Origin: Alphaproteobacteria bacterium
Lineage (GTDB): Bacteria > Pseudomonadota > Alphaproteobacteria > Rickettsiales > 21-14-0-20-44-7
Length of the DNA stretch: 64,000 bases
NCBI GenBank assembly: GCA_043757405.1
Contig: JAYVPI010000016.1
Span: 15,623 to 79,622, forward strand
Direction of reading: 5' to 3'
In this document: positions 56,994 through 64,000 of the stretch, piece after piece
Position numbering within the stretch: position 1 is the first letter of the stretch
Layout of the letters: each line of letters opens with the position of its first letter
The notes under the pieces: generated by a model
The model's input: the letters and a program-made list of their open reading frames with translations, nothing else
Database searches by the model: none
What the model was told of the DNA's origin: nothing
Made by a program: the position numbers and the translations under genes

Positions 56994-58361
56994 ATGAAAG
57001 CAGCGCTGAAAAAAATACTGTTTGCGATTTTGATCATAATTATAGTGATTTTGTTGTTCTATGACAAATTACCGATAAATATCACAGCAGAAAACCAGAT
57101 AGTAAAAGCCTTAAAATCATATGGGCTTAAAGTAAATTCATTGCATGTTGAAAAACTGGGGAATTCAGGAGTTGTTTTAAAAAACATCAATATTGGCGAA
57201 ACTAACCTGCTTGAAATAGGCGAAGCAAAAGTTCAATACGGCATCCGGAAGATTATAAACAAACAGGCGAAGGATATCTCCGCCCGCGATATAAATTTAA
57301 ATATTTATGAGAAAGACGGCCGATTATTAATCGGCGGTTTTGAGCCCCTGATGGAAAAATCAACGCCCGCCACCAATGGCGATAATATTTTTTATGACGG
57401 CGTAAGCCTTAAAAAATTCCTCTCCGGCAAAATTGATATTTCCAACCTGCATATTTCCGTAATAACCGGCGCAATGAATTTATCTGCAATAACTAATTTG
57501 TCCCTGGATATGGAGCCACAGCCAATATTGGAAGCATCAGGCAAGGACTTGCAGCTACATAATAAGCCCTACCAAGTGTCCATCGGCAGTTATATTTTAA
57601 ATGCGAAACTGGATGAAAAAAATAAACAGTGGAAAGGTAAAACCATTTTGGAAAATATCCTAATAACCGGAACTCCCAGCCCTATTCCGCCACTAAAAAT
57701 TACCAGTGATTTCATTTCCTCGGCGAAAGATTTTAATGCGAATATTGATATCGGCGATGCAAAAAAAACCACCGCCGCGCATTTGCATGTGAATAATGTG
57801 AATTTGAAAATTGATTATGCCAAAGTCCCTTGGGGCGGCGGCGTTATTTCAACTAATAATGTTACACTTCCTATAAGCGGAAATAAACCTGTAGCCTTTG
57901 ATATTAAGATAGATAGAGTAGATCTTTCATTGCTTCTTGGTACTCTGAGCGAAGGTAAAATCACTGGTAAAGGCAGTTTAAGTGGCAATTTGCCCATTAT
58001 TTATTACCCGGATGGTACAATTATAATTAATGATGGCGGGGCCGCCGCGATTCAAAACGGGGTTATTAATGTATCCGCCAGCCTCCTGCCTGGCGATAGC
58101 AAACAATTACAGCTGACGCGGGAATTGTTGCAAAACTTTCACTATACTAAGCTCAAAATTACGGTATCATCCAGAGAGGTTGATAAGAAAATTAAAACGG
58201 CTATTAGTCTTGTGCTTGAAGGGAACAACCCCGATGCTCTTGAAGGAAAGAAGGTGAATTTCAGCATTGGTATCACCGGAGATGTTTTGCCCCTGTTGCA
58301 GCAAAGCATTTTACCATTTAATGACATTAAGCAACTGATGAAGTTTAAGGACAAAAAATGA
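56994..58361 (+). CDS. ydbH: YdbH-like (AsmA-superfamily) envelope protein, short form
   Basis: N-terminal TM, a beta-rich repetitive body, and ynbE and ydbL homologues immediately downstream as in the enterobacterial ydbH-ynbE-ydbL operon. Confidence 0.6.
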   Translation: MKAALKKILFAILIIIIVILLFYDKLPINITAENQIVKALKSYGLKVNSLHVEKLGNSGVVLKNINIGETNLLEIGEAKVQYGIRKIINKQAKDISARDINLNIYEKDGRLLIGGFEPLMEKSTPATNGDNIFYDGVSLKKFLSGKIDISNLHISVITGAMNLSAITNLSLDMEPQPILEASGKDLQLHNKPYQVSIGSYILNAKLDEKNKQWKGKTILENILITGTPSPIPPLKITSDFISSAKDFNANIDIGDAKKTTAAHLHVNNVNLKIDYAKVPWGGGVISTNNVTLPISGNKPVAFDIKIDRVDLSLLLGTLSEGKITGKGSLSGNLPIIYYPDGTIIINDGGAAAIQNGVINVSASLLPGDSKQLQLTRELLQNFHYTKLKITVSSREVDKKIKTAISLVLEGNNPDALEGKKVNFSIGITGDVLPLLQQSILPFNDIKQLMKFKDKK

Positions 58362-58549
58362 AAAACGGATTTTTAATAATCGCTCTCAGTTTTGCAGCCG
58401 CACTTGCCGCATGCACGCCAACGGTACAGGTGCAGGCACCTGATAAGCCGATTGAGATAAACCTCAATGTTAATATTGAACATCATATCAAGGTGGAAAT
58501 CGAAAAAGACGTAAAAACCGCCATGGCAAAAAACCCAAATATTTTCTAA
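58358..58549 (+). CDS. ynbE: YnbE-family lipoprotein
   Basis: 63 aa. Lipobox ALAAC followed by TPTVQVQAPDKPIEINLNVNIEHHIKVEIEKDV, the YnbE-family pattern as I recall it. ATGA overlap with ydbH. Confidence 0.75.
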   Translation: MKNGFLIIALSFAAALAACTPTVQVQAPDKPIEINLNVNIEHHIKVEIEKDVKTAMAKNPNIF

Positions 58550-58570
58550 CTTTAAGCACAAGGAAAAATC

Positions 58571-58858
58571 ATGAAAAAACTATTTTTAGTATCAGCTATA
58601 GCAATCTCCTTAAGCTTTTCAGCAGCTTACGCACTCAGCTTGCAGGAGGCGCGCGAACAAGGCCTTTTGAGAGAAAATCCCGATGGATATGTTAGTGTTG
58701 TAAAATCCAGTGGCGATGCCAGTGCATTGGCCGCGCAAGTTAATGCCCAGCGCAAAACGGAATACCGCCGCATTTCCAAAGAAAACGGCCAACCGGTAGA
58801 TGTTGTTGCCAAAATAGCTGCCGGAGAAATAGCTAATAAACTTTCGAGCGGGAAATAA
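58571..58858 (+). CDS. ydbL: YdbL-family (DUF1318) periplasmic protein
   Basis: Signal peptide. LSLQEAREQGLLRENPDGYV ... VNAQRKTEYRRISKENG. Third gene of the ydbH operon. Confidence 0.7.
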   Translation: MKKLFLVSAIAISLSFSAAYALSLQEAREQGLLRENPDGYVSVVKSSGDASALAAQVNAQRKTEYRRISKENGQPVDVVAKIAAGEIANKLSSGK

Positions 58859-59068
58859 AACAAAACCTGCTCCATTCAATTACTACGAACCGTTTGAATA
58901 AGTCTGCGTACTATAAGTTTCTCATTATATGTGGCGCATATCGCATAAATTTATCATAAAATATAGCTTATATTGCAAATATTTAATGCTTGTATCATGG
59001 CATGATAATATCTGAGAGTGTATAAATTATCCGAGGGTTTGAGACTTTTAATCAACATTGGAGTTTAT

Positions 59069-59575
59069 ATGAAATCTACTTTTTTATCTGCCTTGGCAGT
59101 TGCGACTATACTTTCAACTGGCGCTGCTCAAGCATTAGATGTTAGCACTAATACCGGTGTTAAAACCGGCGTCTCTACAGACCAGAATAGCGGTGTATCA
59201 TTGGGAACCAGTACTCGTGTCAATGGCGGCATTAGAACTGGATCTAACACATCTTCTACAGATGTTAATACTGGTGTGAGCAGCGATACCAGCTCAACTT
59301 CCGGCAGTTCAATGGGTGGTAACGCTTCAACATCTACTGGTGTCAAAACCGGCGTCTCAACTAACCAAGATAGCGGTGTATCCCTTCGCAGCGGCACTCG
59401 TGTAAATGGCGGAATCAGAACCGGTTCTAACACTTCCACTACCGGTGTCAGCACAGATGTTGATTCTAGAACTTCTGCTGCAGTGGCTACTGACCATAAA
59501 CATAACAATGACAGCCATGGTAAAAAGAAAGGTCATCACAGACAATCACACTACAAAAACAGCAATGTTCAGTAA
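59069..59575 (+). CDS. Secreted Ser/Thr/Gly-rich repeat protein with basic His-rich tail
   Basis: GGAG Shine-Dalgarno and signal peptide MKSTFLSALAVATILSTGAAQA. Two ~61-aa diverged repeats (TGVKTGVST.Q.SGVSL...TRVNGGIRTGSNTS). Tail DHKHNNDSHGKKKGHHRQSHYK. Confidence 0.65.
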   Translation: MKSTFLSALAVATILSTGAAQALDVSTNTGVKTGVSTDQNSGVSLGTSTRVNGGIRTGSNTSSTDVNTGVSSDTSSTSGSSMGGNASTSTGVKTGVSTNQDSGVSLRSGTRVNGGIRTGSNTSTTGVSTDVDSRTSAAVATDHKHNNDSHGKKKGHHRQSHYKNSNVQ

Positions 59576-59593
59576 TTTTTGATTAGACTAAAC

Positions 59594-59627
59594 AAAATAG
59601 GCACCTCAAAAGGGTGCCTATTTTTAT
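59594..59627. terminator. Bidirectional intrinsic terminator between convergent genes
   Basis: 9-bp stem ATAGGCACC / GGTGCCTAT with loop TCAAAAG, flanked by an A-run upstream and a T-run downstream. Confidence 0.7.
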
Positions 59628-59643
59628 ACATATTATTTTAATC

Positions 59644-60147
59644 TTAGTGTCCGATTGCCGATAGCAAAGTTATGGCATCAATAACTTTATGTGAAGCTTC
59701 CGAAATCAACAATACGTCATTATCAACCTGCACATATTCGTAACCCTGCGGCACGGGCTGAAGTCTTACTAAAAGAGGCTGCGGCACCGGCTCCCATACA
59801 ACTACTTCAGGTAAAGGTTGGCCGATATGATATTTCTTCGCCTGGCCCGGAGGTAAGCAACCATTATGTTTTTTCGCTAACCCAGGAGGGCAATGTGAAT
59901 GATGTTCTTCAACAATATATTCTCTGATCACGACCCGGTCATAATTATTTATGATGACACGCCCATGATGGGCATCATTATCATAGGAATAGTCGTCATC
60001 GTCATCGTCATGCTTGTCTTTGCCATGATGCTTATTGCCATGGCCGTTCCCGTTCCCACCTTTATCCGCCCAGCTTTTGGGTGCATAGCTAAGTGTTAAA
60101 ATAAGCATAAAAATGCACAAAATATGTAAAATTCTTTGGATAGCCAT
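59644..60147 (-). CDS. CigR/RcnB-like periplasmic protein with His/Asp-rich region
   Basis: Signal peptide. GNGNGHGNKHHGKDKHDDDDDD. Duplicated PPGLAKK / PPGQAKK motif and a C-terminal YEYVQVDNDVLLI, as I recall for the CigR/RcnB family. Confidence 0.45.
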   Translation of the reverse strand: MAIQRILHILCIFMLILTLSYAPKSWADKGGNGNGHGNKHHGKDKHDDDDDDYSYDNDAHHGRVIINNYDRVVIREYIVEEHHSHCPPGLAKKHNGCLPPGQAKKYHIGQPLPEVVVWEPVPQPLLVRLQPVPQGYEYVQVDNDVLLISEASHKVIDAITLLSAIGH

Positions 60148-60357
60148 ATTATTCCCTGGGTTAATTAATATAATAAATACTGCTTATCAATTAGGAGTGC
60201 AATTATAAAAAGCCTTCATACTTAAGTAGAAACCAGAAGTTGCCTGCTCGCTTTGGTTACAACAATTTTGTATAACCACAAACCTTATTAAAAATAAAAG
60301 CCGCAGGTAATCGGCAAGAATAATTTGCCAGCAATGCACTGTATAATATAAGAAAAT

Positions 60358-60434
60358 TGGTAGGGAGTGAGGGACTTGAACCCCCGACAAAGACGTTATG
60401 AGCGTCCTGCTCTAACCAACTGAGCTAACTCCCC
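60358..60434 (-). tRNA. tRNA with CAT anticodon (elongator Met or lysidine-dependent Ile2), CCA encoded
   Basis: Hand-folded cloverleaf: acceptor GGGGAGT/ACTCCCT (G1-U72 wobble), D-arm GCTCAGTTGGTTAGAGC, anticodon arm GGACG-CTCATAA-CGTCT (G27-U43 wobble as in Ile2-type), T-arm GGGGG-TTCAAGT-CCCTC. Confidence 0.85.
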
Positions 60435-60867
60435 GCGCTGATAAAAAGAAGCGGATATATAGCAATTATTATTAATTCTATCCACCACTTTTTTTGCGCA
60501 AAATTTTTAGAAGTCATGCGCTTAATAACTTTCTTGAATGCAATCCAAGCCTTTGGTAACGGGTCTATAACTAGTTTTGGAGTGGTGCGTTGTTAAGCGT
60601 GATGGCTTGATATATGGTTTGGCTTCGCTTAAAGCTCATTTAAAGGCGCTTTTCTGCGCCCCACGCGAGCTTTCTTTATAACCACGATTATATTCAATTT
60701 AACCGCTTTAAACGGCGACTAGCATATATTTACCATAAATACGGCAATTTTTAGCTTGCAAATCCGTTGATTATAAATAGTATCCGTTTTCCTGATTTTC
60801 CGGCACTTGCATATCGCCTGCATTTCCGAGTTCAGGCTTCCGGATTCTGTTCTTTAGCCTCCGGGAT

Positions 60868-60942
60868 GACCCCTTCGTCTAGCGGTTAGGACACCTCCCT
60901 TTCACGGAGGTAACACGGGTTCGATTCCCGTAGGGGTCACCA
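60868..60942 (+). tRNA. tRNA-Glu (TTC), CCA encoded
   Basis: Acceptor GACCCCT/AGGGGTC, D-arm GTCTAGCGGTTAGGAC, anticodon arm CCTCC-CTTTCAC-GGAGG, T-arm ACGGG-TTCGATT-CCCGT. Confidence 0.9.
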
Positions 60943-61087
60943 TATAATACAATGGGTTAGCTGGCTTAACGCTCAGGAAATTAACCAATTTCCCAATATT
61001 TTCCCAAAAAGAATAGTCAAATACACCCACGAATGGGTAAAAACATTCACGTACAAACGCTCTCAAAATTGGTATATGAAATAACCT

Positions 61088-61387
61088 ATGCCGTATTTGT
61101 ATTGTGCTGAAGATGGGGAGGCTTACTTACGATCTCATGAAGGTCGAAGTGAGGAAAGTTATGAAGGTGAAGGCATAACAGTTACAAAAGGATCACTAAT
61201 AGTTGAAGGATGTCGTTGCGATAAATGCAATATTCCAATGAGTGAAGGCGAGATAGGTTATTTGATAATGCACTGGCTGCCAGATATGTCAGAAGAGTTT
61301 GTTATGTACGACTTTGGTTATGAGCGCGACTATATGGATTTTGAACTAGAAGACATAACTGTATTAGGCTGGGAATGGCCTGAATAA
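61088..61387 (+). CDS. Hypothetical acidic protein (99 aa)
   Basis: ORF only. Contains CxC..CDKC. No family recognised. Confidence 0.4.
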   Translation: MPYLYCAEDGEAYLRSHEGRSEESYEGEGITVTKGSLIVEGCRCDKCNIPMSEGEIGYLIMHWLPDMSEEFVMYDFGYERDYMDFELEDITVLGWEWPE

Positions 61388-61388
61388 T

Positions 61389-61589
61389 TCAAATTAGTTT
61401 AATCACTCCAGATTCTAGATTTAGGCCATCAATAAGCATATTGAAGATTTTATCCTCGATAATTTTAAAACCTTCATTATCCAAACCTTGAACCTCAAGA
61501 GCAGAAGTTCCCTGAACAAGTTCAGCCAATTGTTTGGCTTTAACACGGGCACGTTTGATTGTGACTTCATTTTTTTTATTGTTGCTCAT
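61389..61589 (-). CDS. Small hypothetical protein (66 aa), downstream member of an overlapping pair
   Basis: ATG at 61589. It overlaps the upstream 46-codon ORF by 14 nt across an A8 run. Confidence 0.3.
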   Translation of the reverse strand: MSNNKKNEVTIKRARVKAKQLAELVQGTSALEVQGLDNEGFKIIEDKIFNMLIDGLNLESGVIKLI

Positions 61590-61716
61590 TTTGTGAAACT
61601 TTAATTTTATGAAGCTTGCTGCCATTAGTTTTGCCTTGAGCAAACTCTATTGCTTCCTCTAGCCCTGCTTTGATTTGATCAAATGCGGAACGTTTGCTTT
61701 TACTTTTTCTTTTCAT
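61576..61716 (-). CDS. Small basic hypothetical protein (46 aa), upstream member of an overlapping pair
   Basis: MKRKSKSKRSAFDQIKAGLEEAIEFAQGK resembles N-termini of some HTH-type antitoxins/regulators, but no HTH follows. Confidence 0.3.
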   Translation of the reverse strand: MKRKSKSKRSAFDQIKAGLEEAIEFAQGKTNGSKLHKIKVSQNEQQ

Positions 61717-61745
61717 AACTTCTTGTCATAATATAGTCGCTATTG

Positions 61746-62105
61746 TTACGAGCAATTACCGCAAACGCCGAAAACATTTACCTCATGTTCTGCTTTTTTG
61801 AATCCTTTAGGTAGCTTCACCTCAATACTACCGCAGGGAATATCATAAACATTGTTACAGCTATTGCATTTGAAGTGATGGTGATGGTGTTTATCTTTCA
61901 GACAGAATCGCAAAACGTCGCCATGGACTCTAACTTCTTCTAGCTTGTCCTCGTCCCGTAAGCGTTTTAATTCGCGGTGGATGGTAGCGATGCCAATATT
62001 GGAAACCGATTCCTGGCAAAGCTCTAGAAGCTGCTCAGGAGAAAGTGCCTGGTCGGTTTCTTCCAGTGCTTTATATATTGTTTCTCGTTGTTTTGTGTTC
62101 TTCAT
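61746..62105 (-). CDS. Fur-family metalloregulator (short, 119 aa)
   Basis: Winged-helix N-domain (TKQRETIYKAL...IATIHRELKRL), His cluster HHHHHFKCNSC and C-terminal CGNC zinc-site pairs. Confidence 0.8.
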   Translation of the reverse strand: MKNTKQRETIYKALEETDQALSPEQLLELCQESVSNIGIATIHRELKRLRDEDKLEEVRVHGDVLRFCLKDKHHHHHFKCNSCNNVYDIPCGSIEVKLPKGFKKAEHEVNVFGVCGNCS

Positions 62106-62116
62106 AAAATTCTACT

Positions 62117-62162
62117 TGATAATTGAATTATCATTTGCTAATTGATAAGCTCATTATCAATT
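62117..62162. promoter_or_regulatory. Two Fur-box-like palindromes in the divergent promoter region
   Basis: TGATAAT-tga-ATTATCA (62117-62133) and AATTGATAA-gctca-TTATCAATT (62140-62162), between the Fur-family gene and the 62174 gene. Confidence 0.45.
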
Positions 62163-62173
62163 GCATTATAAAC

Positions 62174-63613
62174 ATGAAACCCTCTCTAAATCAAGAATTG
62201 TGGCAAAATGAGGAAGAAAGTGGCTCTTCGCGCCAACAATGGCGGGTTTTGGAAGAGGGAATTCAGAAAGATGAAAAGCTTAGCCAAATCAATAATCAGA
62301 TAGGTGATGAGCTTCTAATAAGTAATTCCGCTAAGATATTAGAGTTTTCTACAAACAATATTCACGCAGCTAACTTGCTTGACCCATTGCCACAAGGTTT
62401 AAGTGTGGGAGATATTGAAGGTAATAATGAGCTTTCAGTTGCCACTATCCTGTCGCTTGTTGAAAGAGGCACTGACGAAGAAGAATTGGAACAAATGCTG
62501 GAGCAAGCGATTACCAGTATTCAGCGAAAAATAGTAAAGGATAAAGCGGCGGCCAAGAAACACTTATCTCAACTGCTTACGTTGATGGCAGTGTTAGAGC
62601 GGACGTTGCGGCAAAGTCATAAGCAGCCGGAGTTACAGAACGCATTGCGTCATATGCAGCAAAAAGTTAGCAATCTTGCCAAAGACGGTAACATTGAGAA
62701 TGTCCAGCAATTCCTTAAAAGCGCAGAATTAAAGAAAGCTTTAAAATCAAGTATTGATACTGCCCTAAAGCAGCCGGAAAACTTTCGTAACATGGCCGAT
62801 AATGTCAGTACGAGAATTAGGGAAACACAAAAAAATGCGACTTTGCAAAACCAAAATCAAATTAAACAACCAATAGAACAAAAGCCGAATCCTCTTAGCC
62901 AACTTATGAATAGAATGTTGGATAAAGGACGTGAGCCGAATCCTCTTAGCCAACTTATGAATAGAATGTTGGATAAAGGACGTGAGATGCTTACTACCGC
63001 TAAGCAACCAAATATCGCTGACCATGCGAAACTTCAGGTTCAGCAGCCAGCGGCCCAAACAAATATTGTTCAAAGACAAACTGCTCAAGTACAGCAGCAA
63101 ACTCATGTTACTCAAACTGCGGCGACCACCATCCAGAACACACGCTCGTCAATAGTGGCCAATACTAATATTCAAATTAACCAAAGCCAAAATCTAATGT
63201 CGAATGTTAGGCCGACATTAGAGACGAAACCGCGTGAAAATGTAGTTACAACCCCACAAAATACTGTTTCGATCAAGAGTCAGCAAATTCAGCAAACGCA
63301 GACTCAAGGGGTAAAGCCCGAAGTTAAATCTCCTACAGCGCAAGATAAACCGCCAACTTCAGGCCATGTTCATTCGGGCAATTGCTGTGGGGTGAATAAG
63401 CAGAATGTAATAGCTGCAAATGAAGCGGCACAAAAATTTACCCAGAATATTGATAGTGTAAAACAGGCAGTTCAATCAAAAGTCGAAACTTCGCAACTTC
63501 AGAAACTTGACCAGTCGCTAAGAAATAGCGCGCAGGATCAAAAACGGGCGCAGGATAGTTATAACAATCTTTCCGGCGGCACTAAAAATGTCTTGGGCAG
63601 TTTGGGCATTTAA
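62174..63613 (+). CDS. Gln/Asn-rich hypothetical protein (479 aa) with a perfect 17-aa tandem duplication
   Basis: Long ORF, ATG at 62174. No signal peptide. EPNPLSQLMNRMLDKGR occurs twice. Confidence 0.55.
   Translation: MKPSLNQELWQNEEESGSSRQQWRVLEEGIQKDEKLSQINNQIGDELLISNSAKILEFSTNNIHAANLLDPLPQGLSVGDIEGNNELSVATILSLVERGTDEEELEQMLEQAITSIQRKIVKDKAAAKKHLSQLLTLMAVLERTLRQSHKQPELQNALRHMQQKVSNLAKDGNIENVQQFLKSAELKKALKSSIDTALKQPENFRNMADNVSTRIRETQKNATLQNQNQIKQPIEQKPNPLSQLMNRMLDKGREPNPLSQLMNRMLDKGREMLTTAKQPNIADHAKLQVQQPAAQTNIVQRQTAQVQQQTHVTQTAATTIQNTRSSIVANTNIQINQSQNLMSNVRPTLETKPRENVVTTPQNTVSIKSQQIQQTQTQGVKPEVKSPTAQDKPPTSGHVHSGNCCGVNKQNVIAANEAAQKFTQNIDSVKQAVQSKVETSQLQKLDQSLRNSAQDQKRAQDSYNNLSGGTKNVLGSLGI
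62884..62985 (+). repeat. Perfect 51-bp tandem duplication inside the 62174 gene
   Basis: The unit GCCGAATCCTCTTAGCCAACTTATGAATAGAATGTTGGATAAAGGACGTGA occurs twice with no mismatch. Confidence 0.95.
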
Positions 63614-63630
63614 CAAAAACAGGTAGGATA

Positions 63631-64000
63631 ATGGCACAATTAACTGAAAGTACTAAAGACGAACTAAACGCGTTAGCGAATATCAAAGCTATTATGGCGA
63701 TGGAAGGCACGCCAAATGTGAATAAAGTAATTCACAGCCTTTTGCAGCTACGTGCGGTAGAAGAAAAACATGGGCAGTTATCATTACCTGCTAGTACAGT
63801 ACTCAAAAGTAAGGTGCTGCTTCCGGCTTATGATGCAATAACAAAAAGCTCTAACTCAGACTTGGCTAAAATTAATAGTGCTGCATTTCAAACCTCAATT
63901 CAGCCTGAACTAGAGGCTAGTATTGGAAAAGTGAATGGTTTGTTCCGCCAGCTTGTGCTTAACAAACAGGCTGCGGCAGAACTGTTCGGTTCTGAAGATA
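63631..64000 (+). CDS. Hypothetical protein, N-terminal part (3' end outside window)
   Basis: AGGTAGGA Shine-Dalgarno then ATG at 63631. The frame stays open to the window edge (checked codon by codon). Confidence 0.45.
   Translation, partial: MAQLTESTKDELNALANIKAIMAMEGTPNVNKVIHSLLQLRAVEEKHGQLSLPASTVLKSKVLLPAYDAITKSSNSDLAKINSAAFQTSIQPELEASIGKVNGLFRQLVLNKQAAAELFGSED

Noticed and set aside
60187-60390. 67-aa minus-strand ORF
   Set aside because: Its 5' portion overlaps the tRNA-CAT gene and the rest is AT-rich spacer, so it is a spurious call.

Overview
This is a gene-dense chromosomal segment that looks alphaproteobacterial. The evidence is GapR/DUF2312, RpoH, the fabD-fabG-acpP-fabF-mltG and yfgM-bamB-der gene orders, and a cpa/tad pilus locus. 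The lineage and the suggestion of a host-associated lifestyle are inference only. Most ORFs are recognisable housekeeping genes: hisC, purU, galU, grxC, purH, leuA, cobB, phoB-pstBAC, suhB, efp, mltG, the fab cluster, rdgB, rph, uvrD, rpoH, folE, dps, der, bamB and guaA. There is also a cpaBCDEF-tadBC operon with selO directly appended, a ydbH-ynbE-ydbL envelope operon, two vapBC toxin-antitoxin pairs and two tRNAs. Four things stand out. (1) Five translationally coupled, paralogous small lipoprotein genes at 54880-56653, plus a sixth copy at 12129, share a G-W-x-D-G-C ... A-W-x-D-x-x-x-Y-C signature that I cannot assign to a named family. (2) Intergenic space is saturated with two kinds of structured repeat. 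One is a nested-palindrome element with GTCAT...ATGAC termini docked at stop codons. The other is hairpins built from tandem 7-8-mers that abut or cover start codons. (3) The same heptamers are expanded in-frame inside essential genes (purH, der, fabD). (4) AT-rich orphan genes are wedged into otherwise conserved operons, and an orphan-rich region follows tRNA-Glu, with a Fur-family regulator and Fur-box-like palindromes. I saw no CRISPR array, transposase, integrase or recognisable defence system. All coordinates and motifs were read by eye; no similarity search or composition calculation was run.
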